The notes beneath the pieces are model-generated. The model was not told where the DNA came from. It ran no database searches and saw nothing but the letters and a program-made list of their open reading frames with translations. DNA of 64,000 nt, taken from Dokdonella sp. Lineage in GTDB: Bacteria; Pseudomonadota; Gammaproteobacteria; Xanthomonadales; Rhodanobacteraceae. The stretch covers positions 7,874-71,873 of the forward strand of contig NZ_JBGAFX010000009.1 of NCBI RefSeq assembly GCF_044227025.1. The letters are read 5' to 3'. Position 1 is the first letter of the stretch, and each line of letters opens with the position of its first letter. The position numbers and the translations under genes are program-made. Positions 42,277 through 53,656 of this stretch are shown one piece after another.

Positions 42277-42621
42277 ATGAACCTTCGTACCAGCTTGATC
42301 ATTGCGACTGCTTCGATCGCGCTGACCGCGCTGCCGGCGGTCGCCCAGCAGACCGAAACGACGGAGACCACGACCACGACCGTGGTCAAGAAGGGCAACC
42401 ATCGCTACGTCTATTACGGCGATCACGACATCTATTTCGCTCCCGAGACCAAGGTGTACTACTGGCGCGACGGCGACACCTGGACATCCGGCGCCGAGCT
42501 GCCGGAAACGTTCCGCTCCTACATCACCAACGGTGGCGTCGACATCGAACTCGACACCGAACAGCCGTACGAGCGCAACGAATGGGTCATCAAGCACTAC
42601 AAGCACCACGACCGCGATTGA
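42277..42621 (+). CDS. Small exported hypothetical protein (114 aa)
   Basis: Trimmed to MNLRTSLIIATASIALTALPAVA, with GAGGAG upstream. A Thr-rich linker is followed by an aromatic-rich domain (YVYYGDHDIYFAPETKVYYWRDGDTW). No family call. Confidence 0.65.
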   Translation: MNLRTSLIIATASIALTALPAVAQQTETTETTTTTVVKKGNHRYVYYGDHDIYFAPETKVYYWRDGDTWTSGAELPETFRSYITNGGVDIELDTEQPYERNEWVIKHYKHHDRD

Positions 42622-42641
42622 TGCGGCATGAGGACTGCAAC

Positions 42642-42671
42642 GACGGCGGCCCAGCGGCCGCCGTCTTCTTT
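42642..42671 (+). terminator. Rho-independent terminator
   Basis: Perfect 10-bp stem GACGGCGGCC / GGCCGCCGTC with a 4-nt loop, followed by TTCTTT. It lies 21 nt after the stop at 42621. Confidence 0.75.
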
Positions 42672-42803
42672 GGAATCATTCTGGAACGCCGACGCGTGCG
42701 GTGAGCGCATCTGGCCGATGTGCAGCAATGCGAATGGAGGCCCGATCGGGCGTCCGGCCGCATGCGCTTCCATGCAGGGTCCGAACTAGCGGATCATTCA
42801 CGC

Positions 42804-43763
42804 ATGGACCAGACCTCCCACGCCCCCGGGCAGCCGCTTGCCCTCGATGTCCTCCACACCTTCCAGCTCGGACGCGCAGGCGTGCGGGGCGCCTTCGTGC
42901 GCCTCGCACGCAGTTGGCAGGACCTGCGCTCGAACGGCGACTACGAAGGCGCGCTCGCTGAATTGCTCGGCCAGGCCGTCGCGGCGAGCGCGCTGTTCAC
43001 CAGCGGCATCAAGTTCGATGGCCGGCTATCGGTGCAGTTGCAGGGCAGCGGCAGCCTGCGCCTGCTGTTCGCCGAATGCACCCACGACGGCTTCGTGCGC
43101 GGCATCGCGCGCTGCGACGAAGCGGTGCCGGGTACGCGCGTCCGCCTCGAGCCCGACGCACACCTCGCGATCACGATCGAAAACAGCATCACCGACACGC
43201 GCTACCAGGGCATGGTGCCTCTCGAAGGTAACGATCTCGCCAGTGCGTTCGAACACTACTTCGAGCGCTCCGAACAGTTGCCGACGCGCATCGTGCTGGC
43301 CGAGTCCGGCGGACGCTGCGGCGGCCTGCTGCTGCAGAAGGTCGCGCGCGAAGGCGGTGCTGGCCTGACCGACGCGCATGGAGGCGCTAGTGCCGCGGGC
43401 GCAGGATGCGCAGGAGCGGCCGACGAAGACGGATGGAACCGCGTCGGCCATCTGCTCGCGACGATGAGCGAACGCGAACTGCTGGAGCTGCCGCCCGAAG
43501 TGCTGTTGCTGCGCCTGTTCCACGAGGAAGAGGTGCGGCTGCAGCCGGCGCAACCAATCGCGTTCGCCTGCACGTGTTCGCGCGAACGGGTCGAGACGAT
43601 GCTGCGTTCGCTCGGGCGCGCCGAAAGCGACGAGACACTCGCCGAACAGGGTTCGGTCGAAGTGCATTGCGAGTTCTGCAATCGCCGCTACGTATTCGAC
43701 GACAAGGACATTGCGGATGTTTTCGCGGGCGAGCCCGCCGACCCTTCGTCGACGCGACATTGA
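42804..43763 (+). CDS. hslO: Hsp33 redox-regulated chaperone
   Basis: Trimmed to MDQTSH. The Hsp33 N-domain is present, along with the C-terminal zinc centre CTCSRE...CEFCNRRY (CxC...CxxC). Confidence 0.92.
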   Translation: MDQTSHAPGQPLALDVLHTFQLGRAGVRGAFVRLARSWQDLRSNGDYEGALAELLGQAVAASALFTSGIKFDGRLSVQLQGSGSLRLLFAECTHDGFVRGIARCDEAVPGTRVRLEPDAHLAITIENSITDTRYQGMVPLEGNDLASAFEHYFERSEQLPTRIVLAESGGRCGGLLLQKVAREGGAGLTDAHGGASAAGAGCAGAADEDGWNRVGHLLATMSERELLELPPEVLLLRLFHEEEVRLQPAQPIAFACTCSRERVETMLRSLGRAESDETLAEQGSVEVHCEFCNRRYVFDDKDIADVFAGEPADPSSTRH

Positions 43764-43871
43764 GCGAAGGACTTCGGCGCGCAAGTCCCATCGCAGCGAC
43801 GCTGATTGGACCTGTGATGCGGGTGGCACGAGGCCGAAACTTCATCCCGCCGACAACCCGGACGGACTTTG

Positions 43872-44402
43872 ATGCGAACCACCCACCTGCAATTTCGTCG
43901 CGGCCTCGCGGGCGACGCGCCTGCGCTCGCTGAATTCGCCGCACGCACGTTTTTCGAGACATTCGGCGCCGACAACGACCCCACGCACATGCAGGCACAC
44001 CTCGCGGAGGCGTACGGAATCGCGCAGCAGTCGGCCGAACTGCGCGATCCCGACTTCGCCACCCTGCTCGCGACCCTCGATGACACGCTCGTCGCCTACG
44101 CACAGGTAAGGCAGGGATCAGCGCCCGCATGCGTCATGGAGGCGGATGCCATCGAGCTGCATCGCTTCTACGTCGACCGACCGGCGCATGGCCTCGGCAT
44201 CGCCCAGCGCATGATGGAGCAGGTTCGCGCCGTTGCACGCGAATTCGGCGCGCGCCATCTGTGGCTCGGCGTGTGGGAACGCAACCCGCGCGCGATCGCG
44301 TTCTACCGAAAGGCCGGCTTCGTCGATGTCGGCGCCCATTTGTTTGATGTCGGTGGCGACCGCCAGACCGACCGCGTGATGATCGCGCCGCTCGGCGCCT
44401 GA
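43872..44402 (+). CDS. GNAT-family N-acetyltransferase (176 aa)
   Basis: The track start at 43869 is TTG. The ATG lies at 43872. Core: ELHRFYVDRPAHGLGIAQRMM...NPRAIAFYRKAGF. Confidence 0.85.
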   Translation: MRTTHLQFRRGLAGDAPALAEFAARTFFETFGADNDPTHMQAHLAEAYGIAQQSAELRDPDFATLLATLDDTLVAYAQVRQGSAPACVMEADAIELHRFYVDRPAHGLGIAQRMMEQVRAVAREFGARHLWLGVWERNPRAIAFYRKAGFVDVGAHLFDVGGDRQTDRVMIAPLGA

Positions 44403-44582
44403 CGGACGCGAGTCGGCACAGGCGGGTCGAAACGCGGCCGCGGGCCCGCCATCGCCCGGCCCTCGATCAAGGCATTGCGCCGTCCGGCGCCTGCGCAACC
44501 GCAACCATCCCCGTCGCGCGTTGCACCGCAGCATCAACGGATCGACAATGACGGACGCGCTCCCCTTTGACTGCCGACCCGA

Positions 44583-45830
44583 ATGACCGACACCCTCGCC
44601 TCCCGCGCTGTCGACGCACCCTCGGCGCTGCCGACGACACCTTCGACCGTCGCATCGACCACGCAGACCGCGTTGCCGATCCTCGTGATGCTGAGCGTCT
44701 GCCATCTGCTCAACGACCTGATGCAGTCGTTGCTGCCGGCGATCTATCCGCTGCTGAAGCAGAACTTTTCGCTCGACTTCGGCCAGATCGGACTGATCAC
44801 CCTGACCTTCCAGCTCACCGCGTCGCTGCTGCAGCCGGTCGTCGGAATCTGGACCGATCGCCATCCGATGCCATGGTCGCTCGCAACCGGCATGGGCTTC
44901 ACGCTGTGCGGGCTGCTCCTGCTCGCGCATGCGGACAGCTTCCCGCTGCTGCTGTGCGCGGCGGCGTTGATCGGTTCCGGTTCGTCGGTGTTCCACCCCG
45001 AATCCTCGCGCGTCGCGCGCATGGCGTCCGGCGGCCGCCACGGCTTCGCGCAATCGGTGTTCCAGGTCGGCGGCAACATCGGTTCGGCCAGCGGCCCGCT
45101 GCTCGCCGCCTTCATCGTGATGCCGCGCGGGCAAGGCAGCATCGCATGGTTCGCAACCGCAGCGCTGGTCGCGATAGCGCTGCTGACGCGCATCGGCAGC
45201 TGGTATGGCGCGCACATCGGCGCGCACCGCGTCGCTGCGAGGGCGCAGCGCGGCAGCGGCCTGCCACGCCGCACCGTCGTCGTGACCCTGCTCGTGCTCG
45301 GCGTTCTGATTTTCTCGAAGTATTTCTACCTGGCCAGCATCAGCAGCTACTACACCTTTTACCTGATGCAGAAATTCCAGCTCGACGCCAGCAATGCGCA
45401 GCTGCACCTGTTCGCATTCCTCGGCGCGGTCGCGGCCGGTACGCTGATCGGTGGCCCGCTGGGCGATCGCATCGGTCGCCGCTACGTGATCTGGGGTTCG
45501 ATCCTCGGCGTGCTGCCGTTCACCCTGCTGCTGCCGCACGCGAACCTGTTGTGGACGACGGTGCTGACCATCGTGATCGGCCTGATCCTGTCCTCCGCGT
45601 TCTCCGCGATCATCGTGTACGCACAGGAACTGGTACCCGGGCGCACCGGCGTCATCGCCGGCCTGTTCTTCGGCTTCGCGTTCGGCATGGGCGGCCTCGG
45701 TGCCGCCGTGCTCGGCGAACTCGCCGATCACATCGGCATCGAGGCGGTATACGCGCTGTGCGCGTGGTTGCCTGCGATCGGCCTGCTCGCATGGTTCCTC
45801 CCGCCGGTCGGGAAGCGCGCCCACGCCTAG
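44583..45830 (+). CDS. MFS transporter (Fsr/fosmidomycin-resistance-like, 415 aa)
   Basis: Twelve predicted TM segments. CHLLNDLMQSLLPAIYPLLK and the overall pattern resemble the Fsr subfamily. Confidence 0.8.
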   Translation: MTDTLASRAVDAPSALPTTPSTVASTTQTALPILVMLSVCHLLNDLMQSLLPAIYPLLKQNFSLDFGQIGLITLTFQLTASLLQPVVGIWTDRHPMPWSLATGMGFTLCGLLLLAHADSFPLLLCAAALIGSGSSVFHPESSRVARMASGGRHGFAQSVFQVGGNIGSASGPLLAAFIVMPRGQGSIAWFATAALVAIALLTRIGSWYGAHIGAHRVAARAQRGSGLPRRTVVVTLLVLGVLIFSKYFYLASISSYYTFYLMQKFQLDASNAQLHLFAFLGAVAAGTLIGGPLGDRIGRRYVIWGSILGVLPFTLLLPHANLLWTTVLTIVIGLILSSAFSAIIVYAQELVPGRTGVIAGLFFGFAFGMGGLGAAVLGELADHIGIEAVYALCAWLPAIGLLAWFLPPVGKRAHA

Positions 45831-45843
45831 CGGGGGCGCCCGG

Positions 45844-46914
<1,071 letters not shown>

Positions 46915-47045
46915 TCAACGCGGTCGAAATGTTCGATCGCCAAGTGTGCATTACGTTCAACGGGATGCGACGTTGTCTTGAAGTCGACTCTGTGAACGGG
47001 CCGACTCCATCGGCTCTTCTTAGCACGGAATTAACGGAAACTGTG

Positions 47046-47675
47046 ATGCAGTTCGCGCACAGGGCTGGACCACGGGAAGCGCCACCTATGTTGCCGATCG
47101 ATCTGGACGTCACCCGCAGCATCCGCGCCTACATGGCGACCTGTCTCGACGGCGAGTTCTCGCTCGAGCGCGTGCATGAGGGCTTGCGCGACGCGGCGTG
47201 GTATTCGGCCAAGGATCGGCGCCTGCTGCGCGCGATCTGCGACGAGCATCCGCAGCAGTTCACGCGTTGGCTGTACGAGCGCGAACGCGATGGCCGCTAC
47301 ACCGGCCTGATCATGGTCTGGCCGGCCGGCTACTCGACCCCGATCCACGATCATTCCGGACTGTGGGGCATCGAGATGGTGTTGCAGGGTGCGCTGAGCG
47401 TCGAGGACTACGCACTCGTAGAGGATGCAGGATTGCACCATGTCGGCACCAGCGTGCTCGAGGAAGGACAGTCGTGCGCGTTCCTCGGCACCGAAGGCCA
47501 CGCGCATCGCTGCACCAACCTGTCCGCGCGCCGCGCAGCGGTGACACTGCACGTGTACGGCGGCATGCTCGAGCGCTATCGCAACTTCGAGCTTCGTCGC
47601 GACGGTCGCTGCGTGGCGTCGCCGGCGCTCGCCCAGGTCGACGGCAGCCTCGGGCCGGCGCGACTGCACGGTTGA
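47046..47675 (+). CDS. Cysteine-dioxygenase-like cupin protein (about 209 aa)
   Basis: YSTPIHDHSGLWGIEMVLQGAL...HRCTN...LHVYGG matches the type I CDO-like cupin pattern. The start is uncertain (ATG at 47046 or 47088). Confidence 0.7.
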   Translation: MQFAHRAGPREAPPMLPIDLDVTRSIRAYMATCLDGEFSLERVHEGLRDAAWYSAKDRRLLRAICDEHPQQFTRWLYERERDGRYTGLIMVWPAGYSTPIHDHSGLWGIEMVLQGALSVEDYALVEDAGLHHVGTSVLEEGQSCAFLGTEGHAHRCTNLSARRAAVTLHVYGGMLERYRNFELRRDGRCVASPALAQVDGSLGPARLHG

Positions 47676-47777
47676 TCGCGGGCGTCGAATTCGCCGCGAT
47701 CCACATTTCCATCACGTGACGCTTGGAGCGCCGGGGCGTTTTCGGCGAGGATAGGCGTTTCGCCTGCCCGGTTGCCG

Positions 47778-49031
47778 ATGATGCGTCGATCCGTCCTGCT
47801 GGCCCTGCTGTGCGTTGCATGCGTCGCAGGTTGCGCGCACGCACCGCGGCGGGCCGGCGATCCGCACGCACCGCACGCGCTCATCCTCGTCTCGATCGAC
47901 GGTTTCCGCGCCGACTACCTCGACCGCGGGCGCACACCGACGCTCGCCGCAATCGCCACCGACGGCGTGCGCGCGCAAGCGCTCAAGCCCGCGTTCCCGA
48001 CCCTGACCTTTCCAAACCACTACACCCTCGTCACTGGCCTCTATCCCGATCATCACGGCATCGTCAACAACCGCATGGCCGATACCTCGATCGGCAAGTC
48101 CTTCGTCTACAAGGAACAGTCGACGATCGAGGATCCCGCCTGGTGGGGCGGCGAGCCGCTGTGGGTCAGCGTCGAGAAGCAGGGCATGCGCAGCGCGACG
48201 ATGTTCTGGCCAGGTTCGACCGTGGCGATCCGCGGCGTGTATCCGACTTTCTGGAAACCGTTCGACGGCGATCTTTCGCCTTCGCGCCGCGTCGACCAGA
48301 CACTGCAGTGGCTCGACCTGCCGGTCACCGAGCGACCGCGCTTCCTGACCCTCTACTTCGAGCAGGTCGATCATTTCGGGCATGCGAACGGCCCGGACTC
48401 GCCGGAAGTGGATGCGGCGCTGGTCGAGATCGACGCGGCGCTCGCACGCCTCGTCGATGGCCTCAAGCGGCGAAACCTGTTCGAACGCGTCGACCTCGTG
48501 ATCGTGTCCGACCATGGCGAAGCGGCGACCTGCGCGGACCTGCGCACCTGGCTCGACGACATCGTGCCGCTGACGGACATCGACGTCGTCAGCTACGGCA
48601 TCCTCGCCGGCATCGAGCCGCGTGCCGATCGCAAGGCGTCGGTCGAACAGGCACTGCTCAAACCACATCCGCACATGGCCTGCTGGCGCAAGGGCGAGGT
48701 GCCTGCGCGCCTGCACTACGGCAGCCATCCCCGCATCCCGTCCCTGCTCTGCCTCGCCGACGAAGGCGGCATCGTGACGTCGCACGCGTACGCACGGCGC
48801 GGCGGCAGCTATTCCGCCGGCGAGCACGGCTACGACAACGAAGATCCCGCGATGCGGGCGCTGTTCATCGCGCACGGCCCCGCTTTCCGCCGCGGGCTGG
48901 TCGTACCCGAGTTCGACAACGTCGACGTGTACCCGCTGCTAGCCCACTTGCTCGGCATCGTGCCTCAACCGAACGACGGCGATTTCTCCGTGGTGGCGCC
49001 GATGCTGCGCGCGGAGTCAGGAGCGGAGTAG
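47778..49031 (+). CDS. Ectonucleotide pyrophosphatase/phosphodiesterase (NPP, alkaline-phosphatase superfamily) lipoprotein
   Basis: The track start at 47772 is TTG. The ATG lies at 47778. Lipobox CVAGC. Motifs: SIDGFRADY, TFPNHYTLVTGLYPDHHGIV, DHFGHANGP, SDHGE. Confidence 0.9.
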   Translation: MMRRSVLLALLCVACVAGCAHAPRRAGDPHAPHALILVSIDGFRADYLDRGRTPTLAAIATDGVRAQALKPAFPTLTFPNHYTLVTGLYPDHHGIVNNRMADTSIGKSFVYKEQSTIEDPAWWGGEPLWVSVEKQGMRSATMFWPGSTVAIRGVYPTFWKPFDGDLSPSRRVDQTLQWLDLPVTERPRFLTLYFEQVDHFGHANGPDSPEVDAALVEIDAALARLVDGLKRRNLFERVDLVIVSDHGEAATCADLRTWLDDIVPLTDIDVVSYGILAGIEPRADRKASVEQALLKPHPHMACWRKGEVPARLHYGSHPRIPSLLCLADEGGIVTSHAYARRGGSYSAGEHGYDNEDPAMRALFIAHGPAFRRGLVVPEFDNVDVYPLLAHLLGIVPQPNDGDFSVVAPMLRAESGAE

Positions 49032-49083
49032 CCGCGACAGGCGCCTGGGCATGCCGAGCGCACCGGTCGCGCCTGCAGCGCTC

Positions 49084-50490
49084 CTACAGGCTCCGGGCAA
49101 GGTGGTCGACGACGTCGCGATAGCGCCGCGCGATGCGTTCGCGCTCGAGATGCCGGCCGCCTTCGACAACGCGCTCACCGCCGACGAAGACGTCGCGCAC
49201 CAGATTCACGTTGCCGGCGAACAACCAGGTGTCGATCACCCGTACTGGATCGCGGCCGGCGAGCAACGGCGCGCCGTCGTCGAGCACGACGAAATCCGCA
49301 CGCATGCCCGGCTCGAATGCGCCGATGCCGCCGCCGGCCGCCTGCGCACCGCCGGCGAGCGCGCGCGCGTACAGGGTTTCGCCCGTGCTCGGCGTGGTCG
49401 CGCTCGCGCTCACGTTGCGATGCCGCGTGACGAGGCGCTGGCCGTATTCGAGCCAGCGCAATTCCTCGACCGGCGAGACCGAGATGTGGCTGTCGGAACC
49501 GATGCCGAGCACGCCGCCTTCGTCGAGGTAGGCCTTCAACGGGAACAGGCCATCGCCGAGGTTCGCCTCGGTGGTCGGGCACAAGCCGGCCACTGCGCCA
49601 CTCGCCGCGAGCCGGCGCATCTCGTCCGCTTCGAGATGGGTCGCGTGAACGAGGCACCAGCGGCGGTCCACCGGCGCGTTGTCGAGCAGCCACTCCACCG
49701 GGCGCGCGTTGCGGATCGCGAGGCAGTCCTGCACCTCGCCGATCTGCTCGGCGATGTGGATGTGCACCGGCATCGTCGATGCGGGCCGCTGCGCCGCCGA
49801 CGGCGGCAGCGTGGCGATGCCGTCGAGCACCGCGCGCATCGCATCGGGCTGCACCGCGCGCAACGAATGCAGCGCGATGCCGACGGCGAGCCGCTGCGTC
49901 TCGCGCGCACGCAGTCGCTCCACCAGGCGCAGGAAACCGTCGACGTCGTGGCGGAACCGCTGCTGGCGCGCCGACAATGCACGCCCATCGAAGCCGCCCG
50001 TCATGTACAGCGTCGGCAGCAAGGTCAGGCCGATGCCGGTTTCGCGCGCCGCCTCGATCAGCGCAAGCGACATCGCGGCGGGGTCCGCATACGGCGTGCC
50101 GTCGGGCTGATGATGCAGGTAATGGAACTCGCACACCTGCGTGTAGCCGGCTTCGAGCATCTCCACGTACAGCTGCGCCGCGATCGCACGCAGGTCCTCC
50201 GGCCCGACCCTCCCGGCGAACGCGTACATCACCTCGCGCCAACTCCAGAAGGTGTCGTCGGGGTTTTCCCTGCGTTCCGCGAGGCCCGCCATCGCGCGCT
50301 GGAACGCGTGCGAGTGCAGGTTCGGCATGCCGGGCACGACGATGCGCCCGAGCGCCGCCGCCCCGTCGCGCGCGCCACCGGTTTCCATCGTGCGCAGCGT
50401 CGCATCGGTCGGGTCGAAGCCGAAACGCACGTCGGCGGCAAAGCCTTGCGGCAACCAGGCGCGGGTGGCGTGATGGAAGGTCGGCGACAT
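49084..50490 (-). CDS. hutF: Formimidoylglutamate deiminase
   Basis: Trimmed to MSPTFHHA. PGMPNLHSHAFQRAMAGL plus an amidohydrolase-fold sequence throughout, typical of HutF. 468 aa. Confidence 0.88.
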   Translation of the reverse strand: MSPTFHHATRAWLPQGFAADVRFGFDPTDATLRTMETGGARDGAAALGRIVVPGMPNLHSHAFQRAMAGLAERRENPDDTFWSWREVMYAFAGRVGPEDLRAIAAQLYVEMLEAGYTQVCEFHYLHHQPDGTPYADPAAMSLALIEAARETGIGLTLLPTLYMTGGFDGRALSARQQRFRHDVDGFLRLVERLRARETQRLAVGIALHSLRAVQPDAMRAVLDGIATLPPSAAQRPASTMPVHIHIAEQIGEVQDCLAIRNARPVEWLLDNAPVDRRWCLVHATHLEADEMRRLAASGAVAGLCPTTEANLGDGLFPLKAYLDEGGVLGIGSDSHISVSPVEELRWLEYGQRLVTRHRNVSASATTPSTGETLYARALAGGAQAAGGGIGAFEPGMRADFVVLDDGAPLLAGRDPVRVIDTWLFAGNVNLVRDVFVGGERVVEGGRHLERERIARRYRDVVDHLARSL

Positions 50491-50668
50491 GAACGGCCCG
50501 ATGGACGGCGAAGCGGCGAGACTAGCCGCGCCCCGCCGGCATTTCCACCCGACGCCCGCGATCACTCGCGTGGCGACTCGCTCGGTCCACAGACGGAACC
50601 GGTGCACTTTGTTCGGTGCTAGGCTGGGCGGACAGGGGTGTCAAATTGGTCTTGAACGGGGATTCACG

Positions 50669-53286
50669 ATGCTCAAGTACAGCTACCTAGCCGCCGCCCT
50701 CACGATGGCTTGCGGCATCGCAGCGGCGGCACCGAACGCCAATGCGCCAGCAAGTTTCGCCGGCAACGTCAAATCGATCGACCAGGTCGCGACCGCACGC
50801 TTCAGCGCACTCGACCTCAAGACCATCGGCGAAGAGGATGCACTGCGCGAGGCAAGCGGCCGTCCGATGCGCTTCGCGATCGCCCACGACAGCGCCGTCA
50901 ACGTGCAATCCGGCGGCAGCTGGGAACAGCACGGCGAGCGCAGCATCTGGCGTTACCGCGTGCAGGCCGATGCCGCGACCTCGCTGAACTTCGGCTTCAC
51001 CCGGTTCCACGTACCGGCCAGCGCGCGCCTGTACATCTACGACAACAAGGATCATGCCCAGCTCGCCGGTCCGTACGATGCGGTCTCGCACAACGCGCTC
51101 GGCCAGTTGTGGACGCCGATCATCGCACCGACGTGATGATCGAGATCGACGTCGCCAGCAGCGAACGCGCGCAGGTCGACGTGACACTCGGCAAGATCAA
51201 CCAGGGCTACCGCGGCTTCGGCACCCAGGCCAAGGGCTACGACCAGCCGCGCCTGAACGTCACCGGCGAAGGCAAGTCGGCCTGCTCGCCCGACGCGATC
51301 CGTTCCGGTTCCTGCAACATGGACGTCGCCTGCCTCGACAGCAACGATCCGTGGAACAAGCCGCGCCGCTCGGTCGGTGCGTACACGATCTCCGGCACCG
51401 ACACCTGCACCGGCTCGCTGGTCAACAACACGGCCAACGACCGCAGCATGCTGTTCATGACCGCGAGCCATTGCGAAGTCGTGAACAACCCTGCCGGCAT
51501 CGTCGTGTACTGGAACTACGAAGCACCGACCTGCAGAACGCCGGGCAGCGGCGCGAGCGGCACGCCGGTGCCGCGCCCGACGACGACGAGCAGCGGCTCG
51601 ACCTTCCTCGCACGCACGCGCAACCCGTTCGATGGCGGCGACTGCACCAACGGCGCGGTCTGCTCGGACAACACCGTCGTGCGCCTCAACGGCACGCCCG
51701 ATCCGGCATGGAACCTTTTCTGGGCCGGCTGGGACCACGGCAGCACGCCGGCGACCTGCGTACCGGGCCCGAATGCGTCGTCCACCGTCGGCGAATGCGC
51801 GAGCATCCATCACCCAAACGTCGACGAGAAGCGCATCACCTTCGTCGAACAGAACTTCCAGCTCGGCGGCATCAGCGGCGGCACCAACACCCACTGGCAC
51901 GCATTCTGGGATCCGACCCCGCCGGTCCTGCCGAACATCGTCTCGCCACCGCCTTCGCTGCCACCGGGCGTGACCGAGCCGGGTTCGTCGGGCTCGCCGC
52001 TCTACAACGCCAGCCAGCATTTCGTCGGCGTGCTCAGCGGCGGCCCGTCCGCCTGCGGCGCGACCGGCGCGAACCTTTCGGACTTCTACGGCCAGCTCTC
52101 GGTCGCATGGGAAGGCGAAGGTTCGCTCGGCACGCGCATGAAGGACCACCTCGACCCGCTCAACACCGGTGCGACGTCGATCGAAGGCATCGGCATGTCG
52201 CCGTTCAACTTCACGCTCGATCCGGCGTCGGTCTCCGTGTGCACCACGACCAACAGCACCACGGTCAACCTCGCCGCGACCTACGATGTCGGGTTCAGCG
52301 GTACGGTCGCATTGACGGCAACCGGCAACCCGGCGCCGAGCACGGCCGTGTTCGCGCCGACGAGCCTGACGCCGCCGACCGCCGCTTCCGTGCTGACACT
52401 CGGCGGACTGTCGGGCGTCGCACAGGGCAGCTACACGATCACCGTGACCGGCACCAGCGGCGCCGATTCGGTCGAGAAGTCGCTGCCGTTGACGATCGCC
52501 TCCGCGCTGTCCGGCACCACGACCCTGACGGCACCGGCCAATGGTGCGACCGGCGTGGCAACAAGCCCGACGCTCAGCTGGACCGCGCTGGCGGGGGCGG
52601 CGTCGTATACGGTGGACATCGCGACCGACGCGGGGTTCACGAGCATCGTCTCGACGCACTCCGGCATCACCACCACGAGCTATGCGGCCAGCGGCCTGAA
52701 TCCGGCGACGACGTATTACTGGCGCGTCAAGCCGACCAATGGCTGCGGTGACGGCACCGTATCGGCGACCTTCAGCTTCACGACCGCAAACGTGATCTGC
52801 AGCACCCCGGCGTTGGCGATCCCGGACAACAACCCGACCGGGGCGAACGACACGATCACGCTGACCGACGCATCGGTGCTGTCCGGCCTGACGGTGTCGA
52901 TCAAGGCCACGCACACCTGGGTCGGCGACCTGAAGTTCACGCTGTCGAAAGACACGGCGACTTCCGCCGTGATCGATCGTCCGGGCTACACCGGCTCGGG
53001 TTTCGGCTGCAACGCCGACGACATCGACGTGATCCTCGATGATGCCGCGGGCAGCCCGGTCGAATCGGCCTGCAGCGCAACGCCGCCGGCACTGGGCGGC
53101 ACGCTGTCGCCGAATGCCCCCGGCCTCGCGCCGTTCAACGGCCTGTCGCTGGCCGGCACCTGGACACTCAATGTGTCCGACAATGCGGGCGGCGATACCG
53201 GCACGCTGACCGAGTGGTGCCTGATCCCGGAAGTTGCCGTGAGCGACGTCATCTTCCAGGACGGCTTCGAGGCCGTCGTCCGGTAA
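50669..53286 (+). pseudogene. Frameshifted secreted Lys-C-like (S1) serine endopeptidase with Ig-like/FN3-like modules and a proprotein-convertase P-domain
   Basis: The signal peptide and propeptide lie in one frame (50669..51136, ending ...GQLWTPIIAPT*). The continuation ...DVMIEIDVASS... lies in the -1 frame. Catalytic motifs TASHC, DNTVVRL and GSSGSP are intact downstream. C-terminal P-domain (THTWVGDLKFTL...NVSDNAGGDTGTL). The C-terminus is ...DVIFQDGFEAVVR. This could instead be a sequencing error. Confidence 0.8.
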
Positions 53287-53306
53287 GCAACACCAGGCAT
53301 GCAACG

Positions 53307-53340
53307 AAAAAGGGGCCGCGAGACGCGGCCCTTTTTTTTT
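53307..53340 (+). terminator. Rho-independent terminator
   Basis: AAAAAGGGGCCGCG-AGA-CGCGGCCC followed by nine T. It lies 21 nt downstream of the protease stop. Confidence 0.9.
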
Positions 53341-53656
53341 CGAAGGCATTCCTGTCGCTCAAGCGCACCGCGGGCATCCCGGTGCCTTGCGACATGCATT
53401 GCACCGGGTCGATCAGCAACGTCCGCGGGTGGACACGACGGAATGCGCCACCGGAATCCGCTGATCGAAGACCGCAGCGGGTTGTCGCATTGCACCTCCC
53501 TGCTGATCCCATGACTGCCGGGCTAGTGACCGGGCGGCGAAATCCCGCGCGGCCGCGAGTCGAGGGATCTTCCCGCCGGCACCATGATCCCTCTCCCACC
53601 CGTCCGCCGTATGCAAGGCCAAGCGCTCATTCCGATGCGCACGAGGGAGCACACCC

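Noticed and set aside
44118-45824. 568-aa minus-strand ORF
   Set aside because: It lies antisense to the GNAT and Fsr-like MFS genes. The MFS frame shows a regular TM-segment pattern and this ORF does not.
51119-51139. Programmed -1 ribosomal frameshift in the protease gene
   Set aside because: No slippery X-XXY-YYZ heptamer or obvious downstream pseudoknot is present at the junction. A simple 1-nt indel, either a mutation or a sequencing error, explains it.
53299-53514. 71-aa plus-strand ORF and 116-aa minus-strand ORF in the 370-bp gap upstream of the delta-60 gene
   Set aside because: Both span the terminator hairpin and T-tract, are Arg-rich and lack an RBS. The gap is better read as a promoter/leader region. 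It contains two copies of GCATTGCACC about 90 bp apart, whose significance I cannot judge.
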